In this document: piece after piece, positions 48,268-56,671 of the stretch
How positions within the stretch are numbered: the first letter of the stretch is position 1
How the letters are laid out: every line of letters starts with the position of its first letter
Program-made: the position numbers and the translations under genes
Source of the DNA: a virus
Reading direction: 5' to 3' (one strand)
Virus record (IMG/VR): IMGVR_UViG_3300025810_000004
Span: 64,001 to 128,000 of that record
DNA length: 64,000 bases
Notes under the pieces: model-generated
Told to the model about the DNA's origin: nothing
The model's database searches: none
The model's input: the letters and a program-made list of their open reading frames with translations, nothing else

Positions 48268-48576
48268 ATGTCCGAAACCAAAACCACTTTTATGGCCAAG
48301 AAGTTAGCGAGTCGCTGGCTCGCTGAGAACATGGTCCCTGAGTACAAAATGGTTGTCTATATGCACGGGGGAGGCAGTCATATAAACCTCCCTTCGATCA
48401 TAAGGACTGCCAGAAAACGTCAGTTCAAGTGGGCTCAGGACAAGTATCCTGACCTGAGGCTGAAGGTTGGGTTCGACTTTGTGTCCGTCAGGTCCAAAGA
48501 CCCCCGAGCCATAAAAGACCTCAAAGCCTACTTCACCAAGCTGGGGTTTGAAACATTCGGGATGGAAGGGGAATGA
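48268..48576 (+). CDS. hypothetical protein (N-terminal KKLASRWL)
   Basis: GAGG RBS, promoter motif 48223-48237. Confidence 0.65.
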   Translation: MSETKTTFMAKKLASRWLAENMVPEYKMVVYMHGGGSHINLPSIIRTARKRQFKWAQDKYPDLRLKVGFDFVSVRSKDPRAIKDLKAYFTKLGFETFGMEGE

Positions 48577-49001
48577 CCGCCTCTCTCATACAGTCCGAGT
48601 TCGTGTACAGGTCTGGGGTTTCCCCCAATCTGTACACGTTCACCATATCCTCCAACTCAACTGGTGTCATATCGGTCAGGGACATACAGGACCCCTACGG
48701 TTTTGTCATTTCCCCGTACACCCAGATACCCCAGTCTGTGACGGCGGACATCAGCTCCGCTATGTCGCAAGTGGAGACCATCTTGTCACTCACCTCAGCC
48801 GTCAACGGCACCCTCACCTTCACCGCTGAAACCGAAAAGACCGTGACCTTCGCGGAAGCCTTTTCTGACACCTCTTACAGGGTGCAGGTCACTTCGGACG
48901 TTTTCGCTCCTTTCCGAATCACCAACAAGACCGTGCTTGGATTCACGGTCCAAGCCGGGTCGACCATAACGGGCAGCGTCGGATACGACGTGTTTGTTTG
49001 A
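48573..49001 (+). CDS. putative structural protein
   Basis: C-terminal F..AFSDTSYRV..ITNKTVLGFTV module like that of the 35777 protein. Confidence 0.65.
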   Translation: MTASLIQSEFVYRSGVSPNLYTFTISSNSTGVISVRDIQDPYGFVISPYTQIPQSVTADISSAMSQVETILSLTSAVNGTLTFTAETEKTVTFAEAFSDTSYRVQVTSDVFAPFRITNKTVLGFTVQAGSTITGSVGYDVFV

Positions 49002-49051
49002 GTCGATAACTCTCCTATAACTGTTATTATTCCGAACACGGAGATCCGAAA

Positions 49052-51067
49052 ATGCTACTCCCCATCGAAACCCACAAGTCGGCTTCTGACACCATTGGCT
49101 CGGGCGACAACACTTATATAGCCCGTTACAAGCGACAGCAGGTCGTGGTGATGGCTGACACCTCGTACGAGGCACAGCAGATTGCAGCCAAGCACTTCCG
49201 GGCTCGCAAGCCCTACGAAGTGAGTGTCATGCTCGCGGAGAAGGGCGGCAAGCAGGTCACCCACATGCCCCTCATGGCTTCTGAGCAGGAGGCCGAGAAG
49301 TTGGAGGCCGAGGCCGAAGCCAACGAGGCACAGGCTGATGCTGACCGCCAGAAGGCCGACGCCGCTCGCATGAAGGAAGGCTGGGCTGAGGGTGCACAGG
49401 GCCGCAAGGACTGGCAGGCTTGGTTCGACCAGCAGTCTCAGGAGTTCCAGGACAAGTGGAACGAGATGAACGAGCAGTATGGGGAAGTGGTCAAGGACCA
49501 GTACAAGACCGCTGCTGGTGGTCTTTACGGCTACACCAAGGGCACCCAGCGCGACGTGGAAGCCACGATCCGCAAGTCCACCAAATATGCCACCAAGCTC
49601 GCAAAGGGCATCTACGCCAAGGACGAGCGCAGCGTGGACTTCCTGAAGACCCACGCGAAGCGCGGCAGCAAGACCGCCAAGTTGCTCCTGGTTGCTATGT
49701 CCAGTGTCGGTCCCCGAGTGGCTTCCGAAAAGTCTGCAAATGTCTTTGAGCTTCCCATAGAGAACAAGACCGCCGCGAAGCGCAAGAGCCCCTCCAACGG
49801 CATGTACGGGTTCCCTTCCAAGGTCGCTCGTCTTTCTCTCACGGCTTGCTCGGACCTGAAGTCCTACATCGGTGAGATCACCTACGATCTCCACAGCCGT
49901 CGCGCAGCGAAGCACGAGCGCATCACCGGGTTCCTCAAGGAGCACAGCAAGACCGCCAAGTGCGGTTATTCCCGCATGATTCTGTCCTGCTACCCGGACG
50001 CCCCCAAAGTCGCCAAGCAGAAGCTCCCCAAGGAACTGGAAGAGCACCAGTTCACCTCCAAGGACGGGGACAACCCTCCCCCTGCAGACGCCGACGGCGA
50101 CGGCAAGACCAACGAGCCGAAGCCCGAGGGTCTCAAAAACAAAAAGTCTTCCATGAAGAAGAAGATTGACCGCCACATGTACGTGATCCACAAGGCGGGT
50201 GACCGCTACGTGGTCACCCTGGGCGACCCGAGGAAGCCCGGTGTGGATATTAAATTCCAGTCACCGCATATGAGCGATGTAACGGAGTACCTGGAAGACA
50301 AGGGTATCAGCAACGACCACGTATTTGATACGACTCGTAAATTCGGTATCCCCGATACCTACAGCGAGTTCTACATAAGTATGAACCGTCTTGCATCCCG
50401 AGGTGGCCACCACTATACCTCCCCCGACGGGACCGTGCTCGTGGATACCGCTTTCCTGAATTCCCTCGGCGGAATACGGGGGGTCTCCCTGCAGCACATG
50501 GGATTCGGTGAGTTTTTTGCCGACACCCCAAAGGGCCGGGTTGACTTCATAAGGGGAGGGGCGGATTTCCCCGGAAAGTCTGGCCGTTCCCACAAGGTCA
50601 GGGGCCCAGGTGCAGAGTGGCTCGTGGCCGAGATGACCTCCAAGGGCAAGTCTGAGGAAATGTCCTCCCACAAGAGCGCAGCTGAGGAGACGCTGAAGAA
50701 GGCGTTCGTCCCCGACTCGGTGGACGGCTGGCTGGAGTGGGCGGAAGGTTCCCGTACCGCTGCCCCCATTGACGACTTGTTTGAGATGCGTGATGTCCGG
50801 TATCCACCAGAGGTGGGTTTCATCGTTGACCTGTTGGTCAATCTGGGATTCGGGAAGGGTTACGGCTCTCCCGATGCAATCCTTCGGTGGGTGGAGGCTG
50901 GCAAGTCTGTCCCCGAAACCATCGCAGACATCACGAAGCATTGGCGTAAGCAGTTCAAGAGCACCAACCCGAAGGTGCAGGCTGCGTTTCTGAAAGCGAT
51001 GGCGTCTATTGAGGACAACGCGGCTCCCGCGAAGGAGTACCCGCCGCCTCGCCGACGCCGTGCCTGA
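49052..51067 (+). CDS. polyprotein-like multidomain protein
   Basis: Internal repeats LPIETHKSA/LPIENKTA, GLYGY/GMYGF, FLKTHAKRGSKTA/FLKEHSKTA; many K/R-x-A/S junctions. Confidence 0.8.
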   Translation: MLLPIETHKSASDTIGSGDNTYIARYKRQQVVVMADTSYEAQQIAAKHFRARKPYEVSVMLAEKGGKQVTHMPLMASEQEAEKLEAEAEANEAQADADRQKADAARMKEGWAEGAQGRKDWQAWFDQQSQEFQDKWNEMNEQYGEVVKDQYKTAAGGLYGYTKGTQRDVEATIRKSTKYATKLAKGIYAKDERSVDFLKTHAKRGSKTAKLLLVAMSSVGPRVASEKSANVFELPIENKTAAKRKSPSNGMYGFPSKVARLSLTACSDLKSYIGEITYDLHSRRAAKHERITGFLKEHSKTAKCGYSRMILSCYPDAPKVAKQKLPKELEEHQFTSKDGDNPPPADADGDGKTNEPKPEGLKNKKSSMKKKIDRHMYVIHKAGDRYVVTLGDPRKPGVDIKFQSPHMSDVTEYLEDKGISNDHVFDTTRKFGIPDTYSEFYISMNRLASRGGHHYTSPDGTVLVDTAFLNSLGGIRGVSLQHMGFGEFFADTPKGRVDFIRGGADFPGKSGRSHKVRGPGAEWLVAEMTSKGKSEEMSSHKSAAEETLKKAFVPDSVDGWLEWAEGSRTAAPIDDLFEMRDVRYPPEVGFIVDLLVNLGFGKGYGSPDAILRWVEAGKSVPETIADITKHWRKQFKSTNPKVQAAFLKAMASIEDNAAPAKEYPPPRRRRA

Positions 51068-51156
51068 CAGGAGGGTGAGAAGCGGTCGCTTCCACACTCC
51101 CATCCCCACCCCGAAGACATTGACGAATGGAACCCGGTCATAGAGGACGATGAGAA

Positions 51157-52272
51157 ATGAGCCAGCACCAGCGCGACAAGCAGGCGTACTTGAACGCCAC
51201 CCCGATGCAGCGTGAGGTCGTGCGTCGGCTCCTGTGCGATGTGCTGGCGTGCCTCCGAGCACAGGCACTCTCATACCAGACGAGCCACTGGCAGGTCGTC
51301 GGGCAGTCCTTCTACGGCAACCACCTCCTGTTCGCCCGCCTCTACGAGTCGGTGAAGGAACAGGTAGACGGACTCGCCGAGAAGATCGTAGGCTACCTGG
51401 GTAGGGACGCCGTTGACCTCACCTACCAGATGGAAGACATCCGGGACTTCACCTCGGCCTGGTCTCAGATAGGGTGTCACCACCGGAGGGGATTGCAGTC
51501 CGAAACTGACCTCCAGGCCACCCTGAAATTGGCATATAACGCCATAACTTCCACCGGGCTTATGACTCTTGGGTTGGATGACTGGATCATGGCGACTGCC
51601 AACGCCCATGAGGAGAACGAGTACCTGCTCCAGCAGGCATTGACTCCGGTTCCGGGGCAGAAGCAGGCGTCCAAGCAGGCCAGCACCAACACCGAGCGGT
51701 ACTTCTACAAGGCCACGGACGGCAAGTGGTACGTCGAGAACGAGGAGTACGAGGAGGACTGGGGCACAGGCGAGCAGATCGAAGGTGAGATGACCCATTA
51801 TGGGCCGTTCCCATCGTTTGATGCCGCCGAGAAGTACATGCGCCGCAATTTCGCCAACTCCGGTTCCTACTCCGATGACCATTCCGGTCGCATGAAGCCC
51901 CCGCGCAACCCGGTGAAGCCCGGTCGTGGACGTAGGCTCTGGGGATCTGACGCCCCTTCCGAGGAGCACCGCTTCTTCGACAACCCGGAGAAGCGTGAGG
52001 TGCGGGAGTTCGCTCAGGCAGGTGCCATCAGCAACAGCCCCGAGATCGCCGCCGAAGCCTCCGAAGAAGACCAGCTGGACGTTTCCGAGGCCAAGGCCGT
52101 AGCGGAAGCCGAAGCGGCCCCTCCCACCCCCGAAGAGATCAAGGAAGAGCCGGGTGGAAAGACCCTGAGCACCCTGAATAGGCTGGTGGTGGAGTCCGAA
52201 GACCCCGACGCGGCAAAGGCTGCTGAAGACAACAAAGCAAGAATGGCGGCATGGCTCCGCGAACTCGGTTGA
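51157..52272 (+). CDS. Dps/ferritin-like domain fused to additional domains
   Basis: YQTSHWQVVGQSFYGNHLLFARLYE...VDGLAEKI...HEENEYLL; then KQASKQAS linker. Confidence 0.85.
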   Translation: MSQHQRDKQAYLNATPMQREVVRRLLCDVLACLRAQALSYQTSHWQVVGQSFYGNHLLFARLYESVKEQVDGLAEKIVGYLGRDAVDLTYQMEDIRDFTSAWSQIGCHHRRGLQSETDLQATLKLAYNAITSTGLMTLGLDDWIMATANAHEENEYLLQQALTPVPGQKQASKQASTNTERYFYKATDGKWYVENEEYEEDWGTGEQIEGEMTHYGPFPSFDAAEKYMRRNFANSGSYSDDHSGRMKPPRNPVKPGRGRRLWGSDAPSEEHRFFDNPEKREVREFAQAGAISNSPEIAAEASEEDQLDVSEAKAVAEAEAAPPTPEEIKEEPGGKTLSTLNRLVVESEDPDAAKAAEDNKARMAAWLRELG

Positions 52273-52326
52273 CTCCCTATCTCCCCGTCTCAGGTATCAA
52301 GACCAACTCTCACGGAGAACATCACC

Positions 52327-52650
52327 ATGGCACGCACCCTTACCGCATCGGATCGCAAGGCTCTGACTCGTTTGGCTTCGACCCTTGAGAAGGGTTCTGA
52401 TGAACGTCGGGCGATCCTCTCCTTCCTCAAGAAGGAGGGGATGGACTTCAAGAGAATCGACCGATACATGATCAACGCGGCGGAGGAGATGGGATCTCTT
52501 CTGTACGGGAATCCCGATGTCGCATTGAAGATCCGGGATGCTCTCGGAGGCCCCTACAAGAAATCAGCGCGGGCGCTCTTCGATGCGTACGAGAAAGCCC
52601 AGGCTAAGTTTGACTTTGCGAACGACTACGACTACGACTTCGACTACTAG
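52327..52650 (+). CDS. LTASDR-leader protein 4
   Basis: MARTLTASDRKALTRLASTLEKGSDERRAILSFLKKEG. Confidence 0.85.
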   Translation: MARTLTASDRKALTRLASTLEKGSDERRAILSFLKKEGMDFKRIDRYMINAAEEMGSLLYGNPDVALKIRDALGGPYKKSARALFDAYEKAQAKFDFANDYDYDFDY

Positions 52651-52684
52651 CTTCCCATAACATATTCCTTGGAGTGGTCCAATC

Positions 52685-52993
52685 ATGTCCCGTTCCCTTA
52701 CTGCTTCCGATCGCAAGAACCTCATTCGCTTGGCTTCGACGCTTCCCGCTGGGAGTGCGGAGCGCCGTGCGATTCTGGCGGGGTTGAGCAAGCAGGCGTG
52801 GTCCCCGGCGCGAACGGATGCTGAAGTCTTTGCGAACGGGAACATGAACGCACGGCTCCTTGTTCGCAAGGTGGACAAGATGGTCGATGGTTTGGGGTCG
52901 TTGATGGGATTTCCAGACCAGATCGGTGTGAAGGCCGCTAAGGCTCGCCTTGCTCTGATTGAACTGGCTCGTGAGATCGGTCAATACGACTGA
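52685..52993 (+). CDS. LTASDR-leader protein 5
   Basis: MSRSLTASDRKNLIRLASTLPAGSAERRAILAGLSKQA. Confidence 0.85.
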   Translation: MSRSLTASDRKNLIRLASTLPAGSAERRAILAGLSKQAWSPARTDAEVFANGNMNARLLVRKVDKMVDGLGSLMGFPDQIGVKAAKARLALIELAREIGQYD

Positions 52994-53102
52994 CCCAAGA
53001 ACCCCTCCAGCCGTGACCTCACGGAGTCCGGGTCTGACTCGGTAGGCTGTCTATGACCCCGATACGGGTATCAACAGACATCCTCGTTGGAGTGACCCCA
53101 TC

Positions 53103-53612
53103 ATGTCCCGCACTCTCACTGCTTCCGATCGCAAGGTCCTCATTCGACTCGCTTCTTCGCTCCCGAAGGGAGATAAGTCGCGTCGTGCGATCCTCGCTGG
53201 TCTGGCGAAGACCAGCCGATATGAGGATTTTGATGACTCCGTCATGAAAGACGCTGAGTATTACTTTGACAAAGTAGACTCCAGTCTTTTCAGCGGTTTG
53301 AAGAGGATGGATATAAAGATCCGGAAAAACGGTCGCTCCGACCACGAGTTCTTTGAAGAGGACTCACTCGGTGCGGTGGGGGAATGGACGAAGGGCTACA
53401 CTTTCACTTCTCCCAGGGGTCACATAGACATATCAGTGTCCATGTATCATAACTCCGCTGGTGATCCCATATGGTATCACTACGCGGTGCGCGGGGGGGC
53501 GGACTGGATTCCGTCTTCGGGTTGGGGCAAGATCGGGGAGGTTGAGGAGGAAGACCCCAGAAAGTTCGTAGAAAAGGTCTTGAAGGACATACAAGCCGTT
53601 CTGGCCTACTGA
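53103..53612 (+). CDS. LTASDR-leader protein 6
   Basis: MSRTLTASDRKVLIRLASSLPKGDKSRRAILAGLAKTS. Confidence 0.85.
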   Translation: MSRTLTASDRKVLIRLASSLPKGDKSRRAILAGLAKTSRYEDFDDSVMKDAEYYFDKVDSSLFSGLKRMDIKIRKNGRSDHEFFEEDSLGAVGEWTKGYTFTSPRGHIDISVSMYHNSAGDPIWYHYAVRGGADWIPSSGWGKIGEVEEEDPRKFVEKVLKDIQAVLAY

Positions 53613-54991
53613 AACATAGGGGACAGGAATTCTGCGTAGTTCTTCCCCCTGCCTATGGACTTGGTGTTTATCGGCCTCTTCACCTGCGAATAAGAAGCCG
53701 TGGCCACGTGTCTGTCTGATTTGTGGGGGCACAAGCACCCCTCGTGGAAGCTGAGACCCAAACTCTCCAGTAGACTTGGTATCTCCGTCTCTGGGCTGGA
53801 AACCAGCTCTTCGTATCGTACCACCACGTCGGCGTCAACTTCGGTGTTCTTCCACTCCTCGTAATAGTGCTTCAGTCCCTCCACCGAGTTGGACCAAGAA
53901 GTGCCTATGGTGTGGAACATCTGCATGTAGCAGCTCGCCAGACAGTCCTCAGGGTTCCTGACGCAGTGGACTATCTTTGCGCCCGGAAACATCTGTCTTA
54001 TTAGTCCGGTGTGTCTCCAGTTGCCTGGAAGTTTGTCTGTCACGTATCCCTGCTCTGGCACCGGACCGTCGTGTTTCCCCTTCGTGTAGATGGTCGCTAT
54101 CTGGTCTATCTGGTCGACCGACAAATCGGGCCACCAGGCAGCTCCAAGGTCGTTGGCTATCTTGTCCAGGTCCTTCCTCTCACCCATGGCGGTGACCTCT
54201 GGGTGCATGGAAAGGATCTGCTCCGTCAAACTGGTGCCTGACCTTGGGATTCCGACTATGAAGATGAACCGGGAGCAGTCGAGGGTGCTTGTGTTGGACC
54301 GGACCGCCTTCTTCTCAAGCTCGCGTTTGATCTTGAACTTGTCCCGGTCGTACACCAGTCCCTGCTTGTTCACCTCAGAAAAGTGGCTCCATGCTTCCGC
54401 GTAATTCCCCAATTTGTCGTGCAGCATCCCGAGTTCGTGTGCAAGCTCAGGACTCCAGACCAGCCCCTGCAGGGTGTCCACCCCCTCCTGGTGTCTGCCC
54501 ATCCTTCTGAGGCACTTCGCTTTTATCACCTTGGCCTTTCTGTCGAAGTAGGCTGGTGGTAGCTTCCTGCCGTCGAGAATCACCTCCTCGACCTCGGAAG
54601 CCTGCTCCACGGCCTTCTCGCAGAAAGCTATGGCTTCCTCCAGAAGCCCCGCGACCTCCCTCACCTGCGCTCGCACCACGTTCGACCCGATGGTGTTTAT
54701 CCCCTCAAGGATCTTCTCCACCTCCTCGAATTTCCCCAGCCCCACCAGCGAGAACGCATACTGTTCTCTCCATATGTCGGATTTGGGGTCGAGCAGGACC
54801 GAATTCTTGTAGCATTCTCTGGCTTCGTCTATCCTGCCCACGGAGGAAGCCACCATCCCCATGATGCCCCACAGGTACCCGTTGTCTTGGTACCTTTTCA
54901 GCATAGCCTGGAAATACTGATAGGCCCCATCCCGGTTTCCGGACTGGAACAGGTTCATCCCGAATTCGAATTCTTCGTCTATCTTTCGCAT
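53606..54991 (-). CDS. TPR-repeat sulfotransferase family protein
   Basis: N-terminal TPRs; FIVGIPRSGTSLTEQIL..HP (5'-PSB), DKLPGN, RNPED...S (3'-PB), RYEELV, TASYSQV..PI. Confidence 0.9.
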   Translation of the reverse strand: MRKIDEEFEFGMNLFQSGNRDGAYQYFQAMLKRYQDNGYLWGIMGMVASSVGRIDEARECYKNSVLLDPKSDIWREQYAFSLVGLGKFEEVEKILEGINTIGSNVVRAQVREVAGLLEEAIAFCEKAVEQASEVEEVILDGRKLPPAYFDRKAKVIKAKCLRRMGRHQEGVDTLQGLVWSPELAHELGMLHDKLGNYAEAWSHFSEVNKQGLVYDRDKFKIKRELEKKAVRSNTSTLDCSRFIFIVGIPRSGTSLTEQILSMHPEVTAMGERKDLDKIANDLGAAWWPDLSVDQIDQIATIYTKGKHDGPVPEQGYVTDKLPGNWRHTGLIRQMFPGAKIVHCVRNPEDCLASCYMQMFHTIGTSWSNSVEGLKHYYEEWKNTEVDADVVVRYEELVSSPETEIPSLLESLGLSFHEGCLCPHKSDRHVATASYSQVKRPINTKSIGRGKNYAEFLSPMFQ

Positions 54992-55251
54992 TTGGCTAAA
55001 CTCCAAATACAGGTTACCCGGAAGTTATGCCTCCGGGTAAAACACACCGCTCTTTCCCCGCCCCCCGAACAAGAATGACCAAAAAAAGAGGGGAGGGAAA
55101 GAGCGGTGTGTCAGGAATGGGGGGCTGAGTGCTGGCCGACGACCCATAGCGAAAGCGGGACCACAATTCGAGCCCCAGCCACTCCCGCGCGAAGGGCTCC
55201 AGCGACGGGTGCAGGGACAGGGGGATGGGGTCATCGTGGTCTTTGAGGGAA

Positions 55252-55485
55252 TCAGACACCCGGCACTCCCCTGCGAAGCTCCAGACCGTGCGGCGTGTCG
55301 ACGGCGGCCAACTGGCCGGGCTTGGTGCCCAGCGCCTCGTGCGCCAGCCGGATGGCCAGCAGGCGCTGCTCGGCGGTCAGGGCAGGCGGTGCGCTGCGGC
55401 GCTCCTCACCAGGGGGCCACGTGGTGCTGGCCCGCACCACGCTGGTCTCGGTGTCGATGGTCAGGGTCAGGGTCGTCTTGGACAT
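55252..55485 (-). CDS. hypothetical protein
   Basis: MSKTTLTLTIDT.., GGAG RBS. Confidence 0.45.
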   Translation of the reverse strand: MSKTTLTLTIDTETSVVRASTTWPPGEERRSAPPALTAEQRLLAIRLAHEALGTKPGQLAAVDTPHGLELRRGVPGV

Positions 55486-55543
55486 CGTGTTCTCCGGTGG
55501 TTGTCTGCTGTCTCTTGGCATCAGGACGGGGAAGTGAGATCAG

Positions 55544-55774
55544 TCACGCCTTCATCTCCAAGAAGCACAACGGCAGTCCGTCGTGCGCGGGGAAGCGGTT
55601 GATGAGGTTGGCGCAGGACTCGCAGTAGAGCAGCGGCGTCCCTCGGTTGGACCACGCGGGGTCAGCCTTGTTGGTGCAGGCTCCGCGCCCACACTCAGGC
55701 TTCTCGCCACGAGCACGAGCCTCGTCCTGCCACTTGCGGCGGTCGTGGTAGTCGTCGGGCTTGGGGCGGCTCAC
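55544..55774 (-). CDS. small Cys-rich protein
   Basis: CGRGAC...YCESCA; GGAGG upstream of GTG. Confidence 0.5.
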   Translation of the reverse strand: MSRPKPDDYHDRRKWQDEARARGEKPECGRGACTNKADPAWSNRGTPLLYCESCANLINRFPAHDGLPLCFLEMKA

Positions 55775-55933
55775 AGCGCCTCCAGCAGCCCCGCCACGCT
55801 GTTCAGCGCCACGGCGGCCATGGTGAGGATGGAAAGGCACCACAGCGCCAGCAGGGACAGCGTGGTGCGGTGCTCGTCCGCGTCGGGCGTCCAGCGAGGA
55901 CGGCGCAGACCGATGTGGGGGTCGCGGGGGGTG

Positions 55934-56021
55934 TGGCGGAGAGAGTGGGATTCGAACCCACGGTACGTTGCCGCACACTCGCGTTCCAGGCGAGCACCTT
56001 CGTCCACTCGGTCATCTCTCC
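55934..56021 (-). tRNA. tRNA-Ser(GGA)
   Basis: ggagaga acceptor, ctcgc-ctGGAac-gcgag anticodon arm, long variable arm, ggttcgaatcc, encoded CCA. Confidence 0.92.
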
Positions 56022-56033
56022 AAAATTCTACGG

Positions 56034-56116
56034 TAGGGACGGTGGGATTCGAACCCACAAGACCGTAAGGCCAGCAGATTTTAAATCTGCCATGTCTACC
56101 ATTCCATCACATCCCC
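56034..56116 (-). tRNA. tRNA-Leu(TAA)
   Basis: gcaga-ttTAAaa-tctgc anticodon arm, variable arm, ggttcgaatcc. Confidence 0.9.
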
Positions 56117-56123
56117 GAAAAAA

Positions 56124-56195
56124 TGGACCCGGTGGGAGTCGAACCCCTGACCCCCTGCGTGCAGGCAGGTGCTCTCCCAACTGAGCTACAGCCCC
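56124..56195 (-). tRNA. tRNA-Ala(TGC)-like, degenerate
   Basis: ggggctgtagctcagttgggagagc start; anticodon loop only 6 nt (ctgcac); acceptor and T-stem mismatches. Confidence 0.7.
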
Positions 56196-56199
56196 ATTA

Positions 56200-56660
56200 T
56201 GTCGTCAAAGTTGGCACACTTTAACCGGTGTGCCAGCGGGTTTGTAAGCCACGTTTTGCAAGCTCTTGAACTTTAATTCCAGAACACGTTTTCCTACCTC
56301 TTGGCTCTTAGTTGGCTTGTTGTCACCAACTACAAGGCACACTTTAACCGGTGTGCCAGCGGTATAGGTTTAGATTTTCACTTACGTTTCGGGCTTCGCC
56401 ACGATGCGCTGGATGCCTTCTCAGACTTTAGCCTCCGATAACCTAAAACGGAGGTCGCACTCTTGTTCCGCCTTCTGCCGTGAGGCTCCAACGGGGGTGC
56501 AAAGTTATCAGATTTTCAATGAACTATTCGGGTTTTACCGAGCAGGGCTCGCAAACCGGAAGCCAACCACTTTTCCATCTTCTGGACTTGGTAGCTTTTG
56601 ATGAACATTGCCCCCAATCACACGTAGGATTGGGGCGAAGTTGGGGACCACACAAAGTGA
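56200..56660 (-). ncRNA. candidate structured ncRNA / tRNA-operon leader
   Basis: No credible ORF; two copies of ccgctggcacaccggttaaagtgtgcc; several hairpins. Confidence 0.45.
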
Positions 56661-56671
56661 TGTGACCTACT

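Noticed and set aside
12865-51969. Long antisense ORFs in the track (e.g. 12865, 14545, 18849, 21318, 28453, 41537, 49055, 51271)
   Set aside because: They are shadows of well-supported genes on the opposite strand, caused by codon bias, and have no recognisable motifs
17144-53210. Leader repeats as IS/MITE ends or DGR template/variable repeats
   Set aside because: No transposase or reverse transcriptase and no terminal inverted repeats. Differences are largely synonymous or conservative rather than adenine-specific, indicating selection on the peptide.
56213-56362. CRISPR mini-array from the 27-nt repeat
   Set aside because: Only two copies, 96 nt apart, and no cas genes in the window
56200-56660. 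tmRNA or RNase P RNA
   Set aside because: I could not find tmRNA acceptor/T-arm ends with a tag reading frame, nor the RNase P GAGGAAAGUCC motif
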